Below are positions 19,548-29,331 of a stretch of DNA of 64,000 bases, in pieces. The DNA lies in the NCBI GenBank assembly GCA_963717005.1, contig OY970324.1, positions 10,518 through 74,517 of the forward strand, given 5' to 3'. The translations under genes were made by a program, and so were the position numbers. Source of the DNA: an uncultured delta proteobacterium. GTDB lineage: Bacteria; Desulfobacterota; Binatia; Binatales; Binataceae. Each line of letters opens with the position of its first letter. Positions within the stretch are counted from its first letter, which is position 1. The notes beneath the pieces were generated by a model. The model was not told the origin of the DNA. It saw nothing but the letters and a program-made list of their open reading frames with translations, and made no database searches.

Positions 19548-20414
19548 CTACTTCGAGCTGAACAGCTCGATTCGCTGGCTCACCACCTGCTGCACCGCCT
19601 CGACCGCGGACTTCAAAATCTTGTACGGCGCCACTTCGTTCGGCAGCGCCGCCAGTCCCGCTTCCACCCCGCGCCGCCATGCGATCCGGATTTCAGTGTT
19701 GACGTGGACGATCGTCATGCCGGCCTTGATCGCGCGCTTGAAATCGCCGTCGTTGGTGCCCGACCCGCCGTGCAGCGTCATGAAGATCTTCGCCGCTGCC
19801 TTGATCTCCGCGATCCGCTCGATATTCAATCGCTTCTGGACGTTGCCATGCACCATGCTCTCGAGCATCCCGTGCATGTTGCCGACGGCGGGCGCGAGCA
19901 CATCGACTTTGGTTTCATCGACGAACTGTTTCGCCTCTTCGAGAGTCGTCAGGATTCCGACGCCCTCCGGAACCTTGTCGATCACGGCCGACGACGCTCC
20001 GATCCAGCCGATTTCACCCTCGACCAGGATCGACGGGTTGATCGATTTGATCGCCTCGATCGCTTTTTTCGTTTGCTTGATGTTTTCCTCGAGCGACAGC
20101 GACGAGCCGTCGAAGATGATTTCGTCGAAGCCCGCTTTCGCCGCTGCCTCGGCATGCGCGATCGAATGAGTGTGATCGGCGTTGAGAAAAATCGGGTAGC
20201 CGTATTCCTCGCGAACCGCCTTCACCAGCGCCGCGGCCTGGCTAACGCCGGTGAACTCGCGCTCGCCCTCGGACACCCCGACCATCACGGGCAGCTTCCG
20301 ATCGCGCGCGGCTGCAACGATTGCGTTGAATGAAACCAGTTCCGAGAAATTGAAATGACCGACGGCGACTTTGTCGGCTTCCGCCCGTATCAACACTTCA
20401 CGCAGCGATATCAT
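19548..20414 (-). CDS. fba: class II fructose/ketose-bisphosphate aldolase
   Basis: MISLREVLIRAEADKVAVGHFNFSELVSFNAIV...NADHTHS...HGGSG. The ATG overlaps the zwf stop (ATGA). Confidence 0.8.
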   Translation of the reverse strand: MISLREVLIRAEADKVAVGHFNFSELVSFNAIVAAARDRKLPVMVGVSEGEREFTGVSQAAALVKAVREEYGYPIFLNADHTHSIAHAEAAAKAGFDEIIFDGSSLSLEENIKQTKKAIEAIKSINPSILVEGEIGWIGASSAVIDKVPEGVGILTTLEEAKQFVDETKVDVLAPAVGNMHGMLESMVHGNVQKRLNIERIAEIKAAAKIFMTLHGGSGTNDGDFKRAIKAGMTIVHVNTEIRIAWRRGVEAGLAALPNEVAPYKILKSAVEAVQQVVSQRIELFSSK

Positions 20415-20416
20415 GA

Positions 20417-21943
20417 TCAGATGTCTCTCCATTTGCGGCCGTCGCGCATGAGCAACTCGTCCGCGGCGCGCGGTCCCGATGAACCGGCAGCGTAGTTGGG
20501 AAAATCGGCGGCCGGAGTCGCCTTCCATGCGTCCAGAATCGGATCGACGATGCGCCATCCCGCGTCCACCGTGTCAGCGCGCTGGAACAGCGCCGGATCG
20601 CCCAGCATGCAATCCAGCAGCAGCGTCTCGTAGCCGGTGCTCGGCGCTGAGCCGAAATAGTCCGCGTACTTGAAATTCATATCGACCCCGCCCAGCTTGA
20701 CCACCGGTCCGGGAATCTTGGCGCTGAAGTTGAGCGAGATGCCTTCGTCGGGTTGAATGCGCAGGACCAGCTCGTTCTGCTCTAGATGCTTGACCCCGGT
20801 CTGGCGGAACAGCAGCGCCGGCGGCGCCTTGAACTTGATCGCGATTTCGGTGACCCGCTTCGTCATCCGCTTTCCCGTGCGCAGATAAAACGGCACCCCG
20901 GCCCATCGCCAATTGTCGATCGCGAGCTTCAGTGCGACGTAAGTCTCGGTGCACGACTTGGCATCGACTTGCGGCTCCGCGCGATAGCCGGCAACCGGCT
21001 TGCCCTCGAGATTGCCGGGTCCATACTGGCCGCGCACGGCCCATTTCGGAACGTCATCGGACTTGAAGGGACGGATGGCGCGCAGCACCTTGGTCTTCTC
21101 GTCGCGCACCGGCTCGGAGTCGAACGAATTCGGCGGCTCCATCGCGGTGAGCGAGACCAGCGCCATGATGTGATTGGGCACCATGTCGCGCAGCGCTCCG
21201 GTCACCTCGTAGAAAGTGCCGCGATGCTCGACGCCGACGGTCTCCGCGTCGGTGATTTGCACATGATCGATGTAACTGTTGTTCCACAGCGGCTCGAAGA
21301 AGCCGTTGCCGAAGCGGAACGCCATGATGTTCTGAACCGTTTCCTTGCCGAGATAGTGATCGATTCGAAACGTCTGGTTCTCGTCAATGCAGGCGCCAAT
21401 CTCGCGATTGAGCGCGTTGGCCGATTCCAAATCGTGACCGAACGGCTTCTCGATGATCACTCGGCGCCAGTGACCGTCGGTTTCCTTAGTGAGATTCGCG
21501 GCGGCCAACTGCTTTACGATCTCGCCGAAAAACACCGGCGACACCGCCGTATAGAACAAATAATTTCCCGGCGTCCCATGCGCCTTGTCGGCCGCCTCGA
21601 GCGCCGATTTGAGTTTCGTGTAGGTCGCCGGATCCTTGAAGTCGCCGGACATGTAAGACAACCGCTGGTCGAACCATTTCCACAGCTCGTCGCTGACCTT
21701 GGTCGTCGCAAATTGTTTGATCTCTTCTCCGATCTGCTTGCGGAAATCTTCGGAGCTCAGCTCGACGTTGCTGACGCCGACAATTGCGAACTGGTCCGGC
21801 AGCAGTTTGTGAGTGAGCAGGTTGTACAGCGCCGGCATCAACAGCCGCTTGGTCAGGTCGCCGGTCGCGCCGAAGATAACGAACACGCACGGATCTCCGG
21901 GCCGTTCATGCGTCGATGGGTTCCTGGATTCTGGATTCGGCAT
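20417..21943 (-). CDS. zwf: glucose-6-phosphate 1-dehydrogenase
   Basis: [22 protein letters not shown]...RIDHYLGKE, canonical G6PD. Confidence 0.9.
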   Translation of the reverse strand: MPNPESRNPSTHERPGDPCVFVIFGATGDLTKRLLMPALYNLLTHKLLPDQFAIVGVSNVELSSEDFRKQIGEEIKQFATTKVSDELWKWFDQRLSYMSGDFKDPATYTKLKSALEAADKAHGTPGNYLFYTAVSPVFFGEIVKQLAAANLTKETDGHWRRVIIEKPFGHDLESANALNREIGACIDENQTFRIDHYLGKETVQNIMAFRFGNGFFEPLWNNSYIDHVQITDAETVGVEHRGTFYEVTGALRDMVPNHIMALVSLTAMEPPNSFDSEPVRDEKTKVLRAIRPFKSDDVPKWAVRGQYGPGNLEGKPVAGYRAEPQVDAKSCTETYVALKLAIDNWRWAGVPFYLRTGKRMTKRVTEIAIKFKAPPALLFRQTGVKHLEQNELVLRIQPDEGISLNFSAKIPGPVVKLGGVDMNFKYADYFGSAPSTGYETLLLDCMLGDPALFQRADTVDAGWRIVDPILDAWKATPAADFPNYAAGSSGPRAADELLMRDGRKWRDI

Positions 21944-21955
21944 CGCAAGTGCCCG

Positions 21956-22975
21956 CTAGGCTTTCTTCTCGATGTGTCCGCCGAATTCGTAGCGCATCGC
22001 GGACAGGAGCTTGTCGGCAAAGTCGGCCGCGCCGCGCGAATCGAAGCGTTCGTATAGCGCCGCCGTCAGCACGTGCGCGGGGACGCCTTCATCGATCGCC
22101 GCGTCAATCGTCCAGCGGCCCTCGCCCGAATCCGATACGCGTCCCGCAAACTTCTTCAGCTCCGGATCGCCCAGCAGCGCGTCGGCCGTCAGGTCCAGTA
22201 GCCACGACGCGATCACGCTGCCGCGCCGCCATACTTCGGCGATGTCGGTGAGATTGAAGTCGTACTGGTAGAGCTTGGGATTGCGCAGCGGCGTGGTCTC
22301 CGCATCGACGGTATGCGTCTGCTTGCCGACGTTGGCGTTCTTCAGGATGTTCATTCCTTCCGCATACGCCGCCATGATCCCGTATTCGATTCCGTTGTGA
22401 ACCATCTTCACGAAGTGCCCCGCGCCGTTCGGTCCGCAATGCAGATAGCCGTGCTCGGCGGTGCTGCCCTTGACCTTATCGCGGCCGGCAGTGCGCGGAG
22501 CGGAATCGATCGGCGGCGCGAGCGTCGCGAATAACGGATCGAGATGCTTGATCACCTGGGGCTCGCCGCCGATCATCTGGCAAAAACCGCGCTCGAGTCC
22601 CCATACGCCGCCGCTGGTGCCTGAATCGACGTAATGAATCCCCTTTGCCGCGAGCGCTTCGGCGCGCCGGATATCGTCGATGTAATACGAATTGCCGCCA
22701 TCGACGATGATGTCGTCGCGCTGGAACCGGCTCGACAGGTCCGCGACAGTCTGCTCGACGACGGCCGCCGGGACCATCATCCACGCTACGCGCGGCAGCT
22801 TGAGCTTGGCGGCGAAGTCGTCGAGCGACGACGCACCGATGACGCCCTTCTCTTTTGCCAATTCCTTGACCGCCGCGGCGCTAACGTCGAACACGACGCA
22901 CTCGTGACCGCCGCTGATCAGACGCCGCACCATGTTCGCACCCATTCTGCCCAGGCCGACCATTCCCATTTGCAT
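21956..22975 (-). CDS. gnd: 6-phosphogluconate dehydrogenase (decarboxylating), short YqeC-like form
   Basis: MQMGMVGLGRMGANMVRRL...HCGPNGAGHFVKMVHNGIEYG. Confidence 0.85.
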   Translation of the reverse strand: MQMGMVGLGRMGANMVRRLISGGHECVVFDVSAAAVKELAKEKGVIGASSLDDFAAKLKLPRVAWMMVPAAVVEQTVADLSSRFQRDDIIVDGGNSYYIDDIRRAEALAAKGIHYVDSGTSGGVWGLERGFCQMIGGEPQVIKHLDPLFATLAPPIDSAPRTAGRDKVKGSTAEHGYLHCGPNGAGHFVKMVHNGIEYGIMAAYAEGMNILKNANVGKQTHTVDAETTPLRNPKLYQYDFNLTDIAEVWRRGSVIASWLLDLTADALLGDPELKKFAGRVSDSGEGRWTIDAAIDEGVPAHVLTAALYERFDSRGAADFADKLLSAMRYEFGGHIEKKA

Positions 22976-23196
22976 TGCAGTTCGCTCCTTGTTGAACGCG
23001 AATCGTATTGAAACACTCTACCGCATCGCGGATGTTATGGCTTCCGCAAACACCATCACCTCCGCGATGGGCGGCAGGGGTGACCCCAGGGGTGACGCCT
23101 GTACCCAGTGTCTATGCGAAGACGCCTTCTTCTGCTCTCACTGACACCGCAATCGTGTGATAGCTTTCGTGTAACCGCCGAGGAGGAACGCGCCCA

Positions 23197-24132
23197 ATGC
23201 CCGAGAAGAAAGCCTGGACCGCCGATGACATCCCGGACCTTTCCGGCAAGACGATCATCATAACCGGCGGCAACAGCGGTATCGGCTACGAAGCCGCGTT
23301 GGAGTTCGCGCGCAAGCGAGCCGACGTGATCCTGGCCTGCCGCGATCTCGGCAAAGCGCGAACCGCAGCCGCGCAGATCACCGCGTCGGCGCCCGGAGCC
23401 AAGGTCGAGGTGATGGAACTCGATCTCTCGAATCTGGCGTCAGTGAGGGGTTTCTCCGACGCGTTTCATTTGCAGCATCAACTGCTGCACGTGCTGTGCA
23501 ACAACGCCGGGGTGATGGCGATTCCGTATCGGCAAACGGCGGACGGCTTCGAGATGCAATTCGGCACCAATCACCTCGGCCACTTCGCGCTGACCGGCCT
23601 GTTGCTCGATCGCCTGCTCGCCACCGACGGCGCGCGCGTGGTCAACGTCGCCAGCGGCGCGCATCGCATGGGCAAAATTCGGTTCGACGATCTGCAATGG
23701 AAGAACGGCTACCGCAAGTGGATGGCATACGGGCAGAGCAAGCTTGCCAACCTGCTGTTCACGCTCGAGTTGCAGCGCAAACTGGATGCGGCCGGCAAAA
23801 CCTTGTTGAGCGTCGCATGCCATCCCGGCTATGCGGCGACTAATCTGCAAGCCGCGGGACCTCGGATGCAGGGATCGTCGATGCTCGAATCTGTCTTCTC
23901 AGTCGCCAACAGCCTGTTCGCTCAAAGCGCCGCGATGGGCGCGCTGCCGACCGAATACGCGGCGGTCGCCTCCGACGTTCACGGCGGCGACTACATCGGC
24001 CCCGACGGGATGGCCGAGACGTGGGGGCATCCGGTCCGCGTCGGCCGCAGTGCGGCAGCGCAGGACGGTGCGGCGGCGTCGCGGCTGTGGGAAATTTCCG
24101 AGCAGCTCACGAACGTGCACTACGCGTTGTGA
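23197..24132 (+). CDS. SDR family oxidoreductase
   Basis: TIIITGGNSGIGYEAA (the TGxxxGxG motif) and NNAG. Confidence 0.85.
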   Translation: MPEKKAWTADDIPDLSGKTIIITGGNSGIGYEAALEFARKRADVILACRDLGKARTAAAQITASAPGAKVEVMELDLSNLASVRGFSDAFHLQHQLLHVLCNNAGVMAIPYRQTADGFEMQFGTNHLGHFALTGLLLDRLLATDGARVVNVASGAHRMGKIRFDDLQWKNGYRKWMAYGQSKLANLLFTLELQRKLDAAGKTLLSVACHPGYAATNLQAAGPRMQGSSMLESVFSVANSLFAQSAAMGALPTEYAAVASDVHGGDYIGPDGMAETWGHPVRVGRSAAAQDGAAASRLWEISEQLTNVHYAL

Positions 24133-24154
24133 GCGATTGATCTCGCGCCGGCGG

Positions 24155-25039
24155 CTACGATGTGCGCGCGATCACGAATTTCCCGATCTTGTCGATCGCC
24201 TGCTGACCCTCCGGCAGCAGCTTCGCGAAGACGTGCCAGACGTGGGGCATGTCGTCCCAGACTTCGAGTTCGACTTCGACGCCGGCCGCTTTCGCGCTTT
24301 TCGCCACGCGGGTTGAATCGTCCAGCAGAATTTCCGCGTCGCCTACATGAATCAGCATAGGCGGCAGTCCGCGAAAGTCCGCATGTACTGGCGACACCAG
24401 CGGATCCTTCGGATCGTGCGCGCCGTAATACTGTTTTGCTGAGTGCGCCAGATTCTCCTGCGTCACCATCACGTCTCGCGCGGCTCGCGTGCGCACCGAT
24501 TCCCCAGTGCCTTCGAGGTCCGTCCACGGTGAAATCGGAACGGCGCCCGCGGGCATCGGCAGCTTCGCGTCGCGAATCGCCAGCAACGCCGCAAGCGTGA
24601 GTCCTCCGCCAGCCGAATCGCCCGAAATAACAATCCTGCCGGGCTTGTAACCCTGCTCGAGCAGCCAGTTGTATGCGGCTATCGTGTCCTCGACCGCGGC
24701 GGGAAACGGGTGCTCAGGCGCGAGCCGATAATCCAGCGACAGCGCGCGTGCATTCGACGCGCGCGCGATTCTGGAGACCATCGCGCGATGCGTGTTGATA
24801 GAGCCCACCACGTAACCGCCGCCGTGCAGATACAGGATGACTCGATCCGCCGCCGCTCCGGGCGCCGCGATCCATTCCGCGTTGACCCCGCCCGCGCTGA
24901 CCTTCTCGCAAACCACGTCGGCCGGGACGCGCTCGCTAATCTTTTCCATCCCGGCGCGCCGCTGTTCCATCGAGGCGCTCGGATTCTGCGGCTGCGACTT
25001 AATCCGCTCGATTACTTTGTTCAGTTGCTCGCTCGCCAT
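24155..25039 (-). CDS. alpha/beta hydrolase fold-3 esterase/lipase (HSL family)
   Basis: HGGGYVVGS oxyanion motif and the GDSAGG nucleophile elbow. Confidence 0.8.
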   Translation of the reverse strand: MASEQLNKVIERIKSQPQNPSASMEQRRAGMEKISERVPADVVCEKVSAGGVNAEWIAAPGAAADRVILYLHGGGYVVGSINTHRAMVSRIARASNARALSLDYRLAPEHPFPAAVEDTIAAYNWLLEQGYKPGRIVISGDSAGGGLTLAALLAIRDAKLPMPAGAVPISPWTDLEGTGESVRTRAARDVMVTQENLAHSAKQYYGAHDPKDPLVSPVHADFRGLPPMLIHVGDAEILLDDSTRVAKSAKAAGVEVELEVWDDMPHVWHVFAKLLPEGQQAIDKIGKFVIARTS

Positions 25040-25135
25040 ATTCCCTCCGTCATCGATACGAAGTTACAGCGACGGCTATATCACGAAATGGCGGGCAATG
25101 GTCTGCGCGCGGAATAGGGAAATTCCCGCCGCTTG

Positions 25136-25654
25136 CTATGGACAACCCTTCGTAATTGAAAAGGTCACGTCCTGGAATATCGTCGCGCAGGCACCGACGA
25201 ACTCGACCGTTCCCATCAGCGCGGTGGCATCGCCGACGCCGATTCCGCTGACCAAACAGCCGACGCCCGCGTTGCCTTTGAATTTGAATCCGGTCGCGCT
25301 CACGGTGCCCTTCAGCGGTCCGCGCGCCATCGCCGAATCCGCCCATTGGAAGTTAAAAGTACTCCCAATGATAAGTTTCTTATGATTCGAATTCTGATGG
25401 AATTGGAACGTGGCAGCCCCCGTGCCATCGCCGGTGTCCACCACGTCACCCGACCAGCAACCCTTGATATTGAGCGATTGCACTTTAGCGTCGGGACTCG
25501 ATTGCGCGCTGTCGGCATCGGATGCACTCCAGGCGCCGAGGCTCGCGTCAGGTTCGCCAGCGTCCTGCGCGTACCCGCAGCGTGGGACGCCGAATATGAT
25601 AACCGAGAACAGGCCCGCACAGGCGAGGATTGCAACTGCCTTCGCCAATTTCAT
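25136..25654 (-). CDS. secreted hypothetical protein (signal peptide; 4 conserved Cys), paralog family member 1
   Basis: MKLAKAVAILACAGLFS...YAQDA...GCWSGDVVD...GTVSATGFKFKGNAGVGC... The start ATG has a GAGGA RBS. It lies in a lower-GC block. Confidence 0.55.
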   Translation of the reverse strand: MKLAKAVAILACAGLFSVIIFGVPRCGYAQDAGEPDASLGAWSASDADSAQSSPDAKVQSLNIKGCWSGDVVDTGDGTGAATFQFHQNSNHKKLIIGSTFNFQWADSAMARGPLKGTVSATGFKFKGNAGVGCLVSGIGVGDATALMGTVEFVGACATIFQDVTFSITKGCP

Positions 25655-25784
25655 CTCTGATTTTCCTCTTACAGCTTGTCGTAACATCAATAACCGAGCT
25701 TAATGACTAACAGTTATATCTAGTCTCTTCAAGCCAGTTCCAGAGGACAGAATGCGCTGATGCAGGCAATCGCGGCCACAAATG

Positions 25785-25821
25785 GAAGGGCCCGTCGCGC
25801 AGATCGCGCGACGGGCCCTTC
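25785..25821. terminator. perfect 16-bp GC hairpin (aagggcccgtcgcgc-agat-gcgcgacgggccctt) downstream of the minus-strand gene 25856..26383
   Basis: A palindromic stem seen directly. The flanking T-tract is weak, so terminator function is tentative. Confidence 0.35.
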
Positions 25822-25855
25822 ATGCTGTTCTATCGAGATTTCTGACGAATGGCCG

Positions 25856-26383
25856 TCAGCAGGTTTGTCCCGGCGAAACTGAAAATCGCACATGTTTGAA
25901 AAACTTAGCGCACTTTCCTCCGAACAGGATTTTCCCTGTCAGCTCCATGGAGTCACCCTTGCCGGTTCCCTGGAACGGACAACCCTTACCAGCATTTCCG
26001 TGGAATTGGATTCCCTGCGGACTCACAGTTCCCTGTATCGGGCCATACGCGAACGACGAATCGGGCCATTCCAGATCAATGCCACTGGCGCCGCCCCCCA
26101 CGATCTTCTTGCCGTTCTGCGTGAATCCGAAAAAGGCGTCGCCCAGTCCATCGGCTTTGTCCGTTACGCTGCCGTCCCAGCAACCGCCGATATCGATTGG
26201 AGGTTTCTTGGCGTCAGGACTGGCGGCTGTGTCCGCAGTGCCAGCGCCGGGTGCGCTCCAGGCCCCCGTGTCAGGAAGACTGTCTTCCGCGTCCTGCGCG
26301 TACGCGCGATGCGCCGAGCTCAGTACCCCCGTCGAGAGCAACGCCGCACAGGCAACTACTGCAAATGTCCTTACTATACTCAT
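25856..26383 (-). CDS. secreted hypothetical protein, paralog family member 2
   Basis: MSIVRTFAVVACAALLS...YAQDA...GCWDGSVTD...GTVSPQGIQFHGNAGKGC..., clearly homologous to 25136..25654. GGGAGGAG RBS. Confidence 0.55.
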   Translation of the reverse strand: MSIVRTFAVVACAALLSTGVLSSAHRAYAQDAEDSLPDTGAWSAPGAGTADTAASPDAKKPPIDIGGCWDGSVTDKADGLGDAFFGFTQNGKKIVGGGASGIDLEWPDSSFAYGPIQGTVSPQGIQFHGNAGKGCPFQGTGKGDSMELTGKILFGGKCAKFFKHVRFSVSPGQTC

Positions 26384-26579
26384 ATCTACTCCTCCCACCC
26401 TGGCTCGAATTAACACTAAAGATTACGCCATGTACTGTACTAATGCGTCTAGTTAAGTCAAGTTTTCGGCAACCTTGAGATGACTATTTTGCTCAAACCT
26501 TCCTAATTTTCCGAAATCGATCAACTCGCGCTTGGCAGAGGGCCTGCCGCTTGATCGCCCTTGAACTCAAGCAGTTCGC

Positions 26580-27161
26580 TTAGCAAATCTTTCGGTATTT
26601 TCCCTTTAGTTTCAGTTTGAGACCTTTGAAATTAGCTGTTCCCGCACCATCACAGCTGTTTGGTCCGGGGCCATGGAAATCAAAGCCGCCGATGAAAGTC
26701 ATCTGGGAGCCGAAGCTCTCGCACGTTGTACCGGAAAGGTCGAGCAGCTCGGCGTCTTTTGACCCCGTTACGAACAGTGCGCCATAGGTAGGTGCACACC
26801 CGCCATCCGGGTCGCCAGCGAAGTCGCCAAAGTCCACGGTTAGGTCAAGTCCGACATTCCCCGATGGAGCCTTGCCGAACGCCGTGCCGGAACCTGATCC
26901 ATCAAATTCGAAGCAGGTGCATGAAAAAAAGCATTGATCAGCGAAGTCATCAGGACACGGACCGGAAAAGCTGTTCAACTGTTGCAACTTGAAGTTGGCG
27001 GTGTAGGCGCTCACCCCAGCCACGTCAGGCACGGCCTGTTCAGATTCCTGGCCCCAGTTGAAGGCCGGTTTCGCGCTCTTATTCCAGCTCTGCGCCCAGG
27101 CAGAGCCAGCGAACAGAAGTGTTGGCAGAATCGCAATTAGCAACGTTTTCTTGAATTTCAT
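26580..27161 (-). CDS. secreted Cys-rich hypothetical protein (signal peptide MKFKKTLLIAILPTLLFAGSAWA)
   Basis: An ORF with an N-terminal signal peptide and 8 Cys. It is the third secreted small protein in the same low-GC block. Confidence 0.5.
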   Translation of the reverse strand: MKFKKTLLIAILPTLLFAGSAWAQSWNKSAKPAFNWGQESEQAVPDVAGVSAYTANFKLQQLNSFSGPCPDDFADQCFFSCTCFEFDGSGSGTAFGKAPSGNVGLDLTVDFGDFAGDPDGGCAPTYGALFVTGSKDAELLDLSGTTCESFGSQMTFIGGFDFHGPGPNSCDGAGTANFKGLKLKLKGKYRKIC

Positions 27162-27303
27162 CTTTCATTTGCTCCTCAACTTGGATGGCTCAAAGCAGAG
27201 ATTGCTTAAAACTCCCGCAGTAATATGCGTAATGAATGGGGCTATATCAAGTCTCAACAGGCTCGACTGATTTTTTTGGGTTCGCGACCGGACGGCTGGC
27301 TCA

Positions 27304-28293
27304 TCAGGTTGCCCGCGGCGGGAGACCCGCCGCGCGATAGACGTCGTCGATCACTCTCATGTTGATAACTCCCTCGGCGCCGTCGGTGGGAAATTTGGCT
27401 TCGCCGCGCACGGCCTTGATGAACGCGCGCAACTGATGGGTGAAGGTCGTGTCGCCCGGCACCGTTTCGGTCTCTTCTCCGGCGGCCGTCTTTACGATGA
27501 GCTGATGACCGCGATGAGGCGCGATTGGATTTGTCACGCGCAGTTCTCCGCGCTCGCCGCGCGCTATGAACGTCGCGCTGATTACCGAATCCTTCTTCAT
27601 CGCGCAGGTCATCTTCGCCGTCGCGCCGCCTGCCAGTTCGAGATCGACATCCATCGCGATATCGATGTTCCTGGGCCCGGTCTCGGCCTTCGCGCGGACC
27701 ACGCCGGGCGTCAGTCCGGAAAAATAGCGAATCATGTGCAACGGGTAGCATCCCAAGTCCATCGTGGCGCCGCCGGCGAGACTCCAATCGAAACGGATGT
27801 TGGTTTCCGGAATCGGCACCGAAAAGTGACCCTCGACCTGAACCAGGCGGCCAAGCGTCCCGTCGGTCATCAGCGCGCGGACACGATCGGCGAGCGGATG
27901 GTAGCGATAGTGAAACGCTTCGCCGAGAATTTTCCCGGTCTCATCCGCCGCTCGCGCCATTCGCTCCGCCTCGACCGCGTTGGAAGCGAGCGGCTTTTCG
28001 CATAGCACGTGCTTGCCCGCGCGCAGCGCCGCGATCGTCCACTCGCAATGCAGCGAGTTCGGCAGCGGATTGTAAATCACGTCGAGCGCGGGATCGTTGA
28101 CGAGGTCAGCGTAGCTCGCGAGCACGCGCGGAATAGCGTGGGCGTCGGCGAACTCGCGCGCACGCTTCGGATCGCGCGCCGCAACCGCGACGACTTCGGC
28201 TTCCGGCACGTTTTGCGCCGCCTTGATCAATGCGTCCGGCGCAATTCGCGCCGCGCCGAGTATTCCGAATCGAAGTGGGTGTTGTTCTGTCAT
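27304..28293 (-). CDS. Gfo/Idh/MocA family NAD(P)-dependent oxidoreductase
   Basis: LRFGILGAARIAPDALIKAA...EKPLA, a Rossmann N-terminus. Confidence 0.85.
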   Translation of the reverse strand: MTEQHPLRFGILGAARIAPDALIKAAQNVPEAEVVAVAARDPKRAREFADAHAIPRVLASYADLVNDPALDVIYNPLPNSLHCEWTIAALRAGKHVLCEKPLASNAVEAERMARAADETGKILGEAFHYRYHPLADRVRALMTDGTLGRLVQVEGHFSVPIPETNIRFDWSLAGGATMDLGCYPLHMIRYFSGLTPGVVRAKAETGPRNIDIAMDVDLELAGGATAKMTCAMKKDSVISATFIARGERGELRVTNPIAPHRGHQLIVKTAAGEETETVPGDTTFTHQLRAFIKAVRGEAKFPTDGAEGVINMRVIDDVYRAAGLPPRAT

Positions 28294-28307
28294 GGCGTTT
28301 ACTACCT

Positions 28308-29180
28308 CTATCGGTCTGGTGTCCGCTCGACCACCGACTGCGACGCCTTTGCCGTCGCCATCTTGTATCCGTTAGCCGCATCCATCCGCGCGAGCGCGTA
28401 GCGGTACGGCTCGTTCGAGATTGTGACGACGCCCTGGTAAGGATGCGCCAGTTCCAGAATCGCGAGAATCGTCATGCCGAGCAGGATTGAAAAGAATCCG
28501 CACATCAGCACCTGCGCGCGAAAAACGCTGCTGCCAAAAAAATAGCTGAACCCGATCGTCATCAGGCAGCCAAGATAGATCACCGTCCAAACCACCGAAG
28601 GCAAATCTTCTTCGTAGAAGTTAAACCGCTCGGCGCGCGCCTGGCTGACAAGGTTGAGCTGATCGATCGACTTGTCCATCAACATTTGTTCGCGGCTGTC
28701 GGTGGGGTGATCCGCGAGCACCGTGGCCCACAGCTCGTGAGCGCCCACCTTTCCGCCGTGAAAGGTGTTGTCGGCCATCTGCGGCCATTCTTTTTCGACC
28801 ACCCGGTGTGAGTATTCGAGCACCGCCGAATCGAGCTGGGAGCGCATCGGTTCGGAGAATGCAGCACCGAGTTTGTAGAGGCTCTCGAGCGCCGTCGCTT
28901 CCGTAAGCGCGTAGGCATTGGCGTCGTTGAAGCGCTCCCACGCGGCGACGATAACAAAGGCAAGGACCAGGCCGTAAAAGGCGCCGAGCACTCCGAACGT
29001 CACCCCCGCAACTTCGTGGTTCTTCTGCAGCCGGTCGAGCGGAACCAGCCATCTTACAAGGCAGAGACCGGCGATACTGCCGCCGCCGAATATCACGACG
29101 ACGAATATGACCTGAGCAGCGGGGCGCCAGTAGAGCAGGAAATCCATTTGTCGAAGTCCCTCCCGAGCGACTTGCACCAT
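28308..29180 (-). CDS. membrane protein, DUF4239-like (bestrophin-like) family
   Basis: The start is taken at the internal MVQVAREGLRQMDFLLYW. There are TM helices at both ends. The upstream Arg-rich part of the tool ORF is discarded. Confidence 0.45.
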   Translation of the reverse strand: MVQVAREGLRQMDFLLYWRPAAQVIFVVVIFGGGSIAGLCLVRWLVPLDRLQKNHEVAGVTFGVLGAFYGLVLAFVIVAAWERFNDANAYALTEATALESLYKLGAAFSEPMRSQLDSAVLEYSHRVVEKEWPQMADNTFHGGKVGAHELWATVLADHPTDSREQMLMDKSIDQLNLVSQARAERFNFYEEDLPSVVWTVIYLGCLMTIGFSYFFGSSVFRAQVLMCGFFSILLGMTILAILELAHPYQGVVTISNEPYRYALARMDAANGYKMATAKASQSVVERTPDR

Positions 29181-29331
29181 CGAGGGCCAGATCGCCGCTG
29201 CCAGAGTAAAGGACCGCTGCGCGATTTCAAAATCGGCGCCGGCTTCGCCGGCGCGAAGCTGTCCGAGATCCTTGTATAACTGAGAATTGGGAAGCAGCAG
29301 GGTGACGAACGAGCGCGCGCCAAGACACCCG

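Noticed and set aside
19410-22057. Plus-strand ORFs (307 and 423 aa) across fba, zwf and gnd
   Set aside because: Antisense shadows, Arg-rich. The minus strand carries canonical pentose-phosphate enzymes.
22932-23144. A 70-aa ORF in the gnd/SDR divergent intergenic region
   Set aside because: No RBS, and it overlaps the likely promoters. The region more plausibly holds the GGGGTGACCCC regulatory palindromes.
25100-25125. The gggaaattccc palindrome after the first secreted-protein gene, as a terminator
   Set aside because: The stem is only 4-5 bp with a 1-3 nt loop. It is too weak to call. It may instead be a protein-binding site.
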